Source: Macrostomum lignano (lineage: Eukaryota). Taken from it: a stretch of 64,000 nt of DNA. A program made the translations under genes and the position numbers. Shown here in pieces: positions 12,401 to 23,971 of this stretch (the first letter of the stretch is position 1; each line of letters starts with the position of its first letter). The notes under the pieces were generated by a model, which worked only from the letters and a program-made list of their open reading frames with translations, searched no databases and was not told the DNA's origin. The stretch is taken from positions 62,001 through 126,000 of the forward strand of contig NIVC01000087.1 of assembly GCA_002269645.1 (NCBI GenBank). Reading direction: 5' to 3'.

Positions 12401-15400
12401 GATTCCCAAAGACACTGGGATTCACACAGACACTGCAATTCACACACCCTGGGGTTCCCAGACACTGGGATTCACAAAGACACTGGGATTCCCAAAGACA
12501 CTGGGATTCCCAAAGACACTGGGATTTCCAAAGACACTGGGATTCCCAAAGACACTGGGATTCCCAGACACTGGGATTCACACAGACAATGGGATTCACA
12601 CGGACAATGGGAATCACACACACTGGGATTTCCAAAGACACTGGGATTCCCAAAGACACTGGGATTCACGCAGACACTGGGATTCCCAAAGACACTGGGA
12701 TTCACACAGACACTGCAATTCACACACCCTGGGGTTCCCAGACACTGGGATTCACAAAGACACTGGGATTCCCAAAGACACTGGGATTCCCAAAGACACT
12801 GGGATTTCCAAAGACACTGGGATTCCCAAAGACACTGGGATTCCCAGACACTGGGATTCACACAGACAATGGGATTCACACGGACAATGGGAATCACACA
12901 CACTGGGATTTCCAAAGACACTGGGATTCCCAAAGACAGTGGGATTCACACAGACACTGGGATTCCCAAAGACACTGTGATTCCCAAAGACACTGGGATT
13001 CCCAAAGACACTGGGATTCCCAAAGACACTGGGATTCCCAAAGACACTGGGATTCCCAAAGACACTGGGATTCACACAGACACTGCAATTCACACACCCT
13101 GGGATTCCCAGACACTGGGATTCACACAGACACTGGGATTTCCAAAGACACTGTGATTTCCAAAGACACTGTGATTTCCAAAGACACTGGGATTCCCAAA
13201 GACACTGGGATTCCCAAAGACACTGGGATTCCCAAAGACACTGTGATTCCCAAAGACACTGGGATTCACACAGACAATGGGATTCACACGGACAATGGGA
13301 ATCACACACACTGGGATTCACGCAGACACTGGGATTAACAGACACTGGGATTCACGCGGACACTGGGAGTCACACAGATACTTGAATTCACAGACACTGA
13401 CCCACACAGACACAGGGATTTAAAGTGCAATATCAGAGAAAATCTCGTTATGACAAATGATATGTCTGGGCGCGGTAGAAAATCTACTGTATGAAAAAAT
13501 CATCTTTATGGCGCACCTGTACAGTCCCTCCTCCATCCGTTTCTGCGTCAGAACGTCCTCGTAGTGAACTCCGGTACCACCCCTGCGCCAGTCCCTGTGC
13601 GTGGCCTCCTGGTCCAGTTTGCCGCGCAAGAATTCATTATATTCGCGATTGCGCTCGGCCCGTTTCTGGGCGGCGGCTCGTTCGCGATCGTCCACGAATG
13701 GCAGGGAGGTGTTCTGCGGCCCGACGTCCGCTGGGATGCCGCGGGGGCTGTGGCGGCCTGCGGACCGGATTGGCGGTTTGGCGCGGCTGATTACTAACTG
13801 GAATAATTCTGCTTGAATGATTGAAGTCAGCGAGGAGAATGCGGTGACGTCGGTAGAACATGGGAAAAGTGGTTCACTAAATAGGGGGATGGGTGGGGAA
13901 AGATAGAGAGTAGAGTCGGCGTGATAAACATAAGAGTTGGTTGGATAGATAAGCTATTAAGAGTCAGTGGAGAAGACAATATAATCGGTGGGTAGACAAT
14001 AGAATCGGTGGGGTAGACAATAGAATCAGTGGGGTAGACAATAGAATCAGTGGGGTAGACAATAGAATCAGTGGGGTAGACAATAGAATCAGTGGAGTGG
14101 ATACTATAAACACAAGCCCGACTAACCAGGCGGTTCAGGCAGAGCCAATGGATCCAATTGTTCAGGTGGCGCCGGCGGAGGCGCAGCTTCAAGCGCCGGC
14201 CTCTGTGGGGCGCCGCCATTGTACGGGCCCTGCGGCTGTCGCAGCTGAGTGACTTGCCGCTCAAGTTCGTCGAGAGTTGGATCAGACGCCGGCGGAGCCT
14301 GTGGCTGCGGCTGCGAAGCGGCGCGAATCGGCTGGCGGTACTGCGATTGCGCGGCTGGCTGCGGCTGCTGCTGGCGTGACCGACCGTCGGCCTCTTTCCG
14401 CTTCAAATAATCATTATACTCAGCGTTGCGTTCGCGACGCTTCCGCTGACGCGAGGCGGCCGAATCCCGCTGCCCGATTGCGCCGGACACGCCTGGCCGG
14501 TCGTCTGGCGAAGCGTCGCTGCCGACGCGCCGAGCGGCGGCAGGCTGAGCTCGAGCCTGCAGCTGCTGATACTCCAATCGTCTGGCCTCGTCCAGCTGTC
14601 GCCGGCGGGCCTCATAGTCTCCAAATTTTTCAAAGAAATTCCCATCCTCGTCGTAATAGCCGGCTTCGTTTTTAGAGGATCGGCGAAGCTGCTGAGTCGG
14701 CGGCGGCGGCGGCTGCTGCTGCTGCTGCTGTTGTTGAGCTGCACGACGGTCCAGCAGCTGCTGCTGGCGCTTCTGCTGATCGTTGCTCAGCCTGGCAACC
14801 AGAGGCTCCTCGTCGCGATAGTCGTAGCGAGGCGCAGCAACGGACTCCGGCTCGGCCGGCTGATAGTGGGCGAACACGGCCTTCTGGGGCGGCACCTGGG
14901 CACCGACCGGGTCTGCGGGGCAGTCAGAGTAGCCACAGCAGGGGCGGAGCGGGTTAAAGCGTCTGATTTCCGAGCGACATGTACACTGCCCAACGATGTC
15001 ATGCACACCCTGTGTAAGCGTGTGCCTGTGTACGTATCCGGGTCTGTGTGCTCCTAGGCCCCCCGCCATGACTTAACAAAGACTCTCTTGTCCATTTCGT
15101 TCATGTCCCTTGGCTGGGCTTTCGACAATTTTTATATTGAAGAATTATTGCAATTACGAGATAACTGAAGAATTGATGAATATCTAGACCAGGGTTTGGC
15201 GAGCTATTTACGTCGAGGACCAGGAGAATCCAGTGCCTGACTGCGGGCCAGAGAAAGGAGAGAAGACAGACAATACTAGAGAGGACAGAAGACAGAGAAA
15301 AGGAGCGAGAGAAGAGAGAGGAGAGAAAAGAGAGAGAGGAGAGAGAAGAGAGAGAGGAGAGAGGAGAGATGAAAGAGGAGAGAGGAGAGGAGAGAGGACA

Positions 15401-18400
15401 GAGGACGGAAAACAGAGGAAAGCAGCGAGAAGAGAGACGTAAAAGAGAAAAGAGAAAAGAGAGAGGAGAGAGAGGAGAAATGAAAGAGGAGAGAGGAGAG
15501 AAAAATAACGAGAGAGAGGAGCGAGAGGAGAGATTTGATAAAAGAGAAGAGAAAAGAAAGAGGAGAGATAAGAGAGGAGCGAGGGGAGAGAGGAGAGAAA
15601 AGAGAAAAGAGAAAAAGAGGAGAGAGGAGAGAGGACAGAAAACAGAGGAAAGCAGCGAGAAGAGAGAAGAGAGAAAAGAGAAAATAGAAAAGAGAGAGGA
15701 GATAGGAAAGAGGAGAGAGTTGATAAAATAGAAGAGAAAAGAAAGAGTAGAGATAAGAGAGGAGAGAGAGGAGAGAGGACAGAAGACAGAGAAAAGGAGC
15801 GAGAAGAGAAAAGAGAAAAGAGAGAGGAGGGAGAGAGAGGAGAGAGATGAAAGAGGAGAGAGGAGAGAGAGAGAGAAAAGAAAAGGGACGAGAGAGAGGA
15901 GCGAGAGGGGAGGGTTGATAAAAGAGAGAGGAGAGATAAGAGAGGAGCGAGGAGAGAGAGGAGAGAGAGGAAGGAGAGAAGAGACGCAAACCTTTAGCGG
16001 GCCGGATTGCCATTGGGAAGTTTCAAAGAACCTGAGAACCGGAGTTTGCCGACCCCTGCTCTGAGACGTCATGAACGCTGCAGATCAGAACAATTTTGCT
16101 CATATCTTACAATATTTCAATGATAATAAAAAATGACACATCCAAACCTATTCTCGCAGTTTTTCTTTGCACTTCATTTTAGGGAGCAGAAAGATGAGAT
16201 AGTTGGGGATTTCGGGAGCCATAATCACAGCAGCTGGATTATCTCTGAGGCTATAATTATAAGAATTTATGTTCCTACATACAAGCGGGGCAGCTGTGAC
16301 TGATTTGCAAGACAAAAAAACCATCACGAATTGCTGCAGAAATCTGCATTTATACAGAGGCAGACACGGCGCTCAATCATCACGTTTGCTAAAACAAGAA
16401 ACAGGAATTCAGGGAAAAAGAACAGGAGCAATACGGCTTCATTCATTATCCTGCTATTATTTTAACTTCAAAGGGGCAGCCTAGCCTGCAAGTAAACACA
16501 GGTTGTGCGGGTTGGAAAAACTGCTTAAGCCTGAATTCATACAATGCCTTTCATAGGCTGTGTTTTATGGAGTTTTAGCCATGTGTTTTATGGAGTTTGA
16601 GCCAGTTGTGTTTTATGGAGCTTTAGCCATGTGTTTTATGGAGTTTGAGCCAGGTGTTTTATGGAGCTTGAGCCAGGTGTTTTATGGAGTTTTAGCCAGT
16701 TGTGTTTTATGGAGTTTTAGCCAGGTGTTTTTATGGAGTTTTAGCCAGGTGTTTTATGGAGTTTTAGCCAGGTGTTTTTATGGAGTTTTAGCCATGTGTT
16801 TTATGGAGTTTGAGCCAGTTGTGTTTTATGGAGCTTTAGCCAGGTGTTTTATGGAGCTTTAGCCAGGTGTTTTATGGAGTTTGAGCCAGGTGTTTTTATG
16901 GAGTTTTAGCCATGTGTTTTATGGAGTTTGAGCCAGTTGTGTTTTATGGAGCTTGAGCCAGGTGTTTTATGGAGCTTTAGCCAGGTGTTTTATGGAGTTT
17001 GAGCCAGTTGTGTTTTATGGAGCTTGAGCCAGTTGTTTTATGGAGTTTGAGCCAGGTGTTTTATGGAGTTTGAGCCAGGTGTTTTATGGAGTTTGAGCCA
17101 GGTGTGTTTTATGGAGTTTGAGCCAGGTGTTTTATGGAGTTTGAGGCAGTTGTGTTTTATGGAGTATTAGCCAGGTGTTTTATGGAGTTTGGGCCAGGTG
17201 CTTCATGGAGTATTAGCCAGGTGTTTTATGGAGTTTGAGCCAGTTGTGTTTTATGGAGTTTGAGCCAGGTGTTTTATGGAGTTTGAGCCAGGTGTTTTAT
17301 GGAGTTTGAGCCAGGTGTTTTATGGAGCTTGAGCCAGGTGTTTTATGGAGTTTTAGCCAGTTGTGTTTTATGGAGTTTGAGCCAGTTGTGTTTTATGGAG
17401 CTTGAGCCATGTGTTTTATGAAGTTTGAGCCAGTTGTGTTTTATGGAGTTTGAGCCAGGTGTTTTATGGAGTTTGAGCCAGGTGTTTTATGGAGTTTGAG
17501 CCAGTTGTGTTTTATGGAGTTTGAGCCAGGTGTTTTATGGAGTTTGAGCCAGGTGTTTTATGGAGTTTTAGCCATGTGTTTTATGGAGTTTGAGCCAGGT
17601 GTTTTATGGAGTTTGAGCCAGGTGTTTTATGGAGTTTGAGCCAGTTGTGTTTTATTGAGCTTTAGCCATGTGTTTTATGGAGTTTGAGCCAGGTGTTTTA
17701 TGGAGCTTTAGCCAGGTGTTTTATGGAGTTTGAGCCAGCTGTGTTTTATGGAGTTTGAGCCAGGTGTTTTATGGAGCTTTAGCCAGGTGTTTTATGGAGC
17801 TTTAGCCAGGTGTTTTATGGAGTTTGAGCCAGCTGTGTTTTATGGAGCTTGAGCCAGTTGTTTTATGGAGTTTGAGCCAGTTGTGTTTTATGGAGCTTGA
17901 GCCAGGTGTTTTATGGAGTTTTAGCCATGTGTTTTATGGAGTTTGAGCCAGGTGTTTTATGGAGTTTGAGCCAGGTGTTTTATGGAGCTTTAGCCAGGTG
18001 TTTTATGGAGTTTGAGCCAGTTGTGTTTTATGGAGCTTGAGCCAGTTGTTTTATGGAGTTTGAGCCAGGTGTTTTATGGAGTTTGAGCCAGGTGTTTTTA
18101 TGGAGTTTGAGCCAGGTGTGTTTTATGGAGTTTGAGCCAGGTGTTTTATGGAGTTTGGGCCAGGTGTTTTATGGAGCTTTAGCCAGGTGTTTTATGGAGT
18201 TTGAGCCAGGTATTTTATGGAGTTTGAGCCAGGTGCTTCATGGAGTATTAGTCAGGTGTTTTATGGAGTTTTAGCCAGGTGTTTTATGGAGTTTGAGCCA
18301 GTTGTGTTTTATGGAGTATTAGCCAGGTGTTTTATGGAGTTTGGGCCAGGTGCTTCATGGAGTATTAGCCAGGTGTTTTATGGAGTTTGGGCCAGGTGCT

Positions 18401-21400
18401 TTATGGAGTATTAGTCAGGTGTTTTATGGAGTTTTAGCCAGGTGTTTTATGGAGTTTGAGCCAGTTGTGTTTTATGGAGTATTAGCCAGGTGTTTTATGG
18501 AGTTTGGGCCAGGTGCTTCATGGAGTATTAGCCAGGTGTTTTATGGAGTTTGGGCCAGGTGCTTTATGGAGTATTAGTCAGGTGTTTTATGGAGTTTTAG
18601 CCAGGTGTTTTATGGAGTTTGGGCCAGGTGCTTTATGGAGTATTAGTCAGGTGTTTTATGGAGTTTTAGCCAGGTGTTTTATGGAGTTTGGGCCAGGTGC
18701 TTCATGGAGTATTAGTCAGGTGTTTTATGGAGTTTTAGCCAGGTGTTTTATGGAGTTTGAGCCAGGTGTTTCGTGTTTCAATTCCCAGTTTAATGATTAA
18801 TGACTTTATAACTGCTGCGAATAATAGAATCATTTGAGATTTGGTACTTTTTATTTTAAGCTTAATGATATTTTATCAAGTGATTTAATCATTTTCAGTC
18901 TTTTAATAAGTACTACTAAAGTTAGAAGTAGTTAAAATAAAAACAAGACCACTCATATGATCAAAAACCTATGAGTATATCAGGGATCGGCAAACCCCAG
19001 CCCGCAAAGCCTCTCTATCCGGCCATCGGGTCCTTTGAAACTTCACAATAGCAATCTGGCCCGCTCAAAGTTTGTGTTTCTTTCTTCTCAGCTCTCTTCT
19101 CTTCTCTCCCTGTCTCCTCTCTTCCACCTTCTCGCCTCTTACGCATATTTTCTCTCCTCTCTCAGTTCCGCATTCAAGTGCTAGATTCTTCAAGGCCTCT
19201 GAATTAAAAAAGTTTGCCGACTACTCATCTACCTAGAAAATAGTTAACAAAGCCGAGTAGAAAAAACAAAACCAGATAGACGGAATAGAAATACGGCGCA
19301 ACTGAACTAAAGAAGAGCTAATTAAGGGTTATTAGCCATAAAAAGAATTATAAAATAAAAAACTTTGTAAATAGTAGAGCCAGATCAAAAGTTAGGCAAA
19401 GAAAAGGAAATGAAATGATGACCCCTAGAGTGGTCTGTCGTTGAGGTTTCTGATGTGGGCTGCCGCTAGAGTACTACATGTACAGAGGGTTGTCGCGAGA
19501 GCACTACAGTGGGTTGCCGCGAGAGCACTACAGTGGGTTGCCGCGAGAGTACTATAGTGGGTTGCCGCGAGAGTACTATAGTGGGTTGCCGCGAGAGTAC
19601 TATAGTGGGTTGCCGCGAGAGTACTATAGTGGGTTGCCGCGAGAGTACTATAGTGGGTTGCCGCCAGAGTACTATAGTGGGTTGCCGCCAGAGTACTATA
19701 GTGGGTTGCCGCCAGAGTACTATAGTGGGTTGCCGTGAGAGTACTATAGTGGGTTGCCGCGAGAGTACTATAGTGGGTTGCCGCGAGAGTACTATAGTGG
19801 GTTGCCGCTAAAGTACTATAGTGGGTTGCCGCGAGAGTACTATAGTGGGTTGCCGTGAGAGTACTATACTATAGTGGGTTGCCGCGAGAGTACTATAGTG
19901 GGTTGCCGCGAGAGTACTACATGTACAGAGGGTTGTCGCGAGAGCACTACAGTGGGTTGCCGCGAGAGCACTACAGTGGGTTGCCGCGAGAGTACTATAG
20001 TGGGTTGCCGCGAGAGTACTATAGTGGGTTGCCGCGAGAGTACTATAGTGGGTTGCCGCGAGAGTACTATAGTGGGTTGCCGCGAGAGTACTATAGTGGG
20101 TTGCCGCTAAAGTACTATAGTGGGTTGTCGCGAGAGTACTATAGTGGGTTGCCGCCAGAGTACTATAGTGGGTTGCCGCCAGAGTACTATAGTGGGTTGC
20201 CGCCAGAGTACTATAGTGGGTTGCCGTGAGAGTACTATAGTGGGTTGCCGCGAGAGTACTATAGTGGGTTGCCGCGAGAGTACTATAGTGGGTTGCCGCT
20301 AAAGTACTATAGTGGGTTGCCGCGAGAGTACTATAGTGGGTTGCCGTGAGAGTACTATACTATAGTGGGTTGCCGCGAGAGTACTATAGTGGGTTGCCGT
20401 GAGAGTACTATACTATAGTGGGTTGCCGCGAGAGTACTATAGTGGGTTGCCGCTAAAGTACTATAGTGGGTTGTCGCGAGAGTACTATAGTGGGTTGCCG
20501 CTAAAGTACTATAGTGGGTTGCCGCCAGAGTACTATAGTGGGTTGCCGCCAGAGTACTATAGTGGGTTGCCGTGAGAGTACTATAGTGGGTTGCCGCGAG
20601 AGTACTATAGTGGGTTGCCGCGAGAGTACTATAGTGGGTTGCCGCTAAAGTACTATAGTGGGTTGCCGCGAGAGTACTATAGTGGGTTGCCGTGAGAGTA
20701 CTATACTATAGTGGGTTGCCGCGAGAGTACTATAGTGGGTTGCCGCGAGAGTACTATAGTGGGTTGCCGCTAAAGTACTATAGTGGGTTGTCGCGAGAGT
20801 ACTATAGTGGGTTGCCGCTAAAGTACTATAGTGGGTTGCCGCGAGAGTACTATAGTGGGTTGCCGCGAGAGTACTATAGTGGGTTGCCGTGAGAGTACTA
20901 TACTATAGTGGGTTGCCGCTAAAGTACTATAGTGGGTTGCCGCGAGAGTACTATAGTGGGTTGCCGCGAGAGTACTATAGTGGGTTGCCGTGAGAGTACT
21001 ATACTATAGTGGGTTGCCGCTAAAGTACTATAGTGGGTTGCCGCGAGAGTACTATAGTGGGTTGCCGCGAGAGTACTATAGTGGGTTGCCGTGAGAGTAC
21101 TATAGTGGGTTGCCGTGAGAGTACTATACTATAGTGGGTTGCCGCGAGAGTACTATAGTGGGTTGCCGCGAGAGCACTATAGTAGGTTGCCGCTAAAGTA
21201 CTATAGTGGGTTGCCGCGAGAGTATTACAGTAGGTTGCCACTAGAGTCCTGAGGAGGGCTGCTGCTAGAGTACCACAGTGGGCTTCGAAAAGTCAGAAAC
21301 AAAGACCAGAAACAAGCAATATCTATATTTATGAAGATCCAGTAACCTTTCGTACCTGCCAGTAGCTGAACTGCTTGACTGGGTAAATACAGCAAGCTGT

Positions 21401-22079
21401 AGAGTGGGTCTGCAACAATTGCCACACGCGAATGTTTATGGCGAAAAATCGAAAACACGCATATTTGATTTCAATCAGCGTGTATGTTTGACATTTAAAA
21501 TTTGAAGAAAGTTAATCACATATATTTGAAGAAAGTTACTCAAAGATACCGAACCTGTACATATCTTATCCTGTCTCAACCTGTATCTTATTGTCTCAAC
21601 CGGAATCTCATGCTGTCTCAACTGGAATCTCACTCTGTTTGAACCAGAATCTCATCTTGTCTCAACTCAACCTGTATCTCATCCTGTCTCAACCGGGATC
21701 TCATCCTGTCTCAACCTATATTTCATCCTGTCTTAACCTATATTTCATCCTGTCTCAACCCATATCTCACTCTGTCTCAGCTTGTATCTCACTCTACCTT
21801 AATCTGAATCTTATCTTGCCTTGAAAACAAATTTCAGCTCAAGTCTTGGAAACAATAAATCACACTGAAAAGCAGTCAAGTGCATGAAATACAAGTTTCA
21901 AAACTGAAGTGCAGCTCACCATGCCTAGGAATTGGGTACTGGGCCTCACGAATAGCGGCGGCCACCCCAGCACCCTCCCGCTCTTGGCTCCGATCTCGGC
22001 CAGTTTGCTGCTGCCGATTGGCCACCAGCCGCTGCTTCTCTTGCACAATGAATGAATCAATTTCAGTGGCAGCAGCCAT
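6460..22079 (-). CDS. CSPP1: Centrosome and spindle pole-associated protein 1 (CSPP1)-like, multi-exon. Approximate exons: 22079-21919, ~15055-14127, ~13798-13517, 11746-11445, ~11075-10698, ~10090-9511, ~9067-8706, 7870-7402, 7000-6460
   Basis: N-terminus MAAATEIDSFIVQEKQRL resembles CSPP1 MADNLDEFIEEQKARL; signature YDPWGRGGGGAPLKDEQGN; ARGGHGIFG followed by the E/R coiled coil; RSPPVPSL; LRNQLRSERQR. GT-AG phases check for most internal junctions; the 14127/13798 junction and a possible 54-nt exon near 21355-21410 are unresolved. The last exon has indels, likely sequencing errors. Confidence 0.88.
7150..7340 (+). repeat. Degenerate ~21-25-bp tandem repeat (GTGAGACCTAAATATCCCAG) in a CSPP1 intron
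   Basis: Direct reading. Confidence 0.75.
7915..8705 (+). repeat. 18-21-bp intronic minisatellite (CACCCACCTGTCCATCCCCG)n
   Basis: Direct reading; fills the intron 7871-8705. Confidence 0.95.
8706..9067 (-). CDS. CSPP1: CSPP1 coiled-coil exon
   Basis: YQDELRNQMEERRRLRE...RIQAELDAEKRKQ; donor GACAG|GTGGGT. Confidence 0.85.
9190..9425 (+). repeat. 31-bp intronic minisatellite (CCTTGGATGGGACACCGCTGCTCACCACTGT)n
   Basis: Direct reading, ~7.5 units. Confidence 0.95.
9511..10090 (-). CDS. CSPP1: CSPP1 exon with the conserved YDPWGRGGGGAPLKD motif
   Basis: ORF 9507..9956; donor CGCAG|GTGAGT; acceptor CAATCAG|GCGG. Confidence 0.88.
10140..10590 (+). repeat. 26-bp intronic minisatellite (GAGGCGCCAAACTGAGGAAGTCAAGA)n
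   Basis: Direct reading, ~17 units. Confidence 0.95.
11090..11405 (+). repeat. 31-bp intronic minisatellite (GAGCGGATGAAGGGGCGGGTGAGGAGGCAGT)n
   Basis: Direct reading, ~10 units. Confidence 0.93.
11775..13400 (+). repeat. 18-bp intronic minisatellite (GACACTGGGATTCCCAAA)n with higher-order blocks
   Basis: Direct reading; explains the many spurious ORFs here. Confidence 0.95.
13990..14100 (+). repeat. 21-bp tandem repeat (GGGGTAGACAATAGAATCAGT)x5
   Basis: Direct reading. Confidence 0.9.
14127..15055 (-). CDS. CSPP1: CSPP1 large N-terminal exon (Q/P-rich; RRERNAEYNDYLKRK)
   Basis: ORF 14122..15069; 5' boundary uncertain. Confidence 0.7.
15189..16060 (-). mobile_element. hAT-like MITE with an expanded AG/CT low-complexity interior
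   Basis: Ends CAGGGTTTGGCGA... and ...GTTTGCCGACCCCTG (CAGGGGTCGGCAAAC-type TIR). Shares the subterminal CTTTGAAACTT.CAAT.GCAAT..GGCCCGCT with 18981-19225. TSD not established. Confidence 0.6.
16555..18770 (+). repeat. ~23-bp minisatellite (GTTTTATGGAGTTTGAGCCAGGT)n, ~2.2 kb
   Basis: Direct reading. Confidence 0.95.
18981..19225 (+). mobile_element. hAT-like MITE, same family as 15189-16060
   Basis: CAGGGATCGGCAAAC ... AAAAAGTTTGCCGACT inverted ends. Confidence 0.65.
19455..21250 (+). repeat. 24-bp minisatellite (GAGAGTACTATAGTGGGTTGCCGC)n
   Basis: Direct reading. Confidence 0.95.
21570..21825 (+). repeat. Degenerate TCTCATCCTGTCTCAACC-type repeat
   Basis: Direct reading. Confidence 0.7.
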
Positions 22080-23802
22080 TTTGGCATCCAATTTAAGTGT
22101 AATACACTTTTACTTAGCCTAGGGAAGCTCTTAGCTAATGGCAGTCAACAGCCACTGCCCAGTTGCAGCAATCAAACATGTTCAAACAATAAAAGAGAAA
22201 CTTTTCTATATAAGCAAACTATTAGTTCTAGACTTCAAGATCCTAATGTTGATGACATTATGTTTTAAGCAAATAATCTTAGTAATTTTTTTGTTAACAA
22301 CTTTGTTAATTCTAACAAATATTCTATACTGGTAAGATTGTTCCTTATATTTTAAAAAGCTAAACAATAGATTATAATTACAAATTTTGCTAGATTCATT
22401 TAAATAAATAAAATTAAATAAAAATCTCATATAATTGAAATAGAATAATCTCTAATAATTTTAGATTTGAATTTTATAATTATTAATATTTTAAAGTAAA
22501 CTACTATATATGCTTCAATGCTTAACAACTCAATTTAAAATAGAATAAAATCATTAAATTAAAATAGGATTTCATATAGATGTTAAATATCTTAGATCAT
22601 GCATGAATTTATCTTTATAATTATGCTTACAGCCAAACTATATTATAATATTTGAAATATATATAGTATTATATTTTAAAGATGATCAAGAAAGATAAAA
22701 ACTTTTTTGTCTAAATGATCTATTAGAACTAATGAAATTATCTAAAGATTGAGTTTTAGGTTAGTTATATAACTTAGTTGTATTATTAGTTAGTTCCGAA
22801 CTATCAGTTATTGGCAATGTAAATTATTTTAGATGGCTAGATATCTTTATTATTGTAATAAAACAACTCAATTTAAACAAACTTAAGTAAAAACTTATCA
22901 AATGCTATGTAATATTTTATTGAATTTAACTTAAATCCAAGACATTATATTAAATGAAAATAATAAATATTCTGATGGCAATTTATCTACTTATAAGTTA
23001 ATTGCCTTTAATTTTTGAATTGCAATTTAGCAAAAACATATGGACAAATAACTAACTAAATAATGAATGAAAATTGAATGAATAATAAAATAAGATGCTC
23101 ACAAAATAGAAAACATGATGGATAAACTGAAAACATAATAAGAAATTAATTTTTTGTTTGATTTATGTAGGCATCTTTATGGAATGTAACTCAGCACACA
23201 TATTGATATTTCACTCTGATAGTCCAACCTTTTATCTGGCTAAAGATTAAGCAAGGGAGGAGAAGGGACAAGGGTTGCATTAAAATATTTTAAGTGGCAT
23301 ACATAATCTGTATAAAAAACTTGAGATACATTCAGTTGAAACAGTTTTGCATCTCAAATTAAATCTGCTGTTGTGAAACATTTAAATTTTATAATAAAAA
23401 CAATCGAATTTTAATTTTACAGTATTAGTAAACAAGAAACGTATAAAAACAACTCCTGCGTCATATACGAGGCAATATTTTTAATTTTTATGCAGACCAT
23501 TTTGCCTAAATGACTTCTTTTTGTTTTAACTTTAAAACAAAAAACTAAGTTTTTCAAAACTGCTATTTTCTTTATTTTATTCATCACACTTTCTTAAAAA
23601 GCCTTCACATACCTTGCTGCAGCTAGCTAATAAGACTAAGAGCAAAAGGTCCCCCGAAAAAATAGATTAGTTGATTGAAATACAACTGGTGTAAAACTAG
23701 CATTCTAAACGGCCAATGGTTGAATATCGTGATCAATCTGTTTAGTTAGGGTTTTATTTGCTTTGTGTTTCAATTATATATTAGTGAAGTCCAATTACAA
23801 AA
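22080..23802. promoter_or_regulatory. AT-rich divergent (putatively bidirectional) intergenic region between CSPP1 and HCF
   Basis: Start codons point away from each other 1.7 kb apart; both lie in the context AAAATGGCT; no specific motif proven. Confidence 0.45.
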
Positions 23803-23971
23803 ATGGCTGACATGCCTTTTAAGTGGAAAAAGGTCGCACACACATCATCTGGTAACATTCCACTGCCTAGACCACGGCATGGTCACAAAGCTGTGTCAAT
23901 TAAGGACCTTATTATAATATTTGGAGGTGGAAATGAAGGAATCATTGATGACCTTCACGTTTTTAACACAA
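23803..23971 (+). CDS. HCFC1: Host cell factor exon 1 (Kelch repeat 1); missed by the ORF track
   Basis: [56 protein letters not shown] matches HCF-1 [35 protein letters not shown]; donor A|GTGAGT. Confidence 0.93.

Noticed and set aside
7659-13345. Many long His/Pro/Gly/Trp-rich ORFs
   Set aside because: All are translations of intronic minisatellites
15101-16072. Leu/Ser/Phe-rich 'membrane protein' ORFs
   Set aside because: Low-complexity CT tract inside a MITE
16555-21250. CRISPR-like regularly spaced repeats
   Set aside because: No unique spacers, no cas genes, eukaryotic context; these are simple tandem arrays
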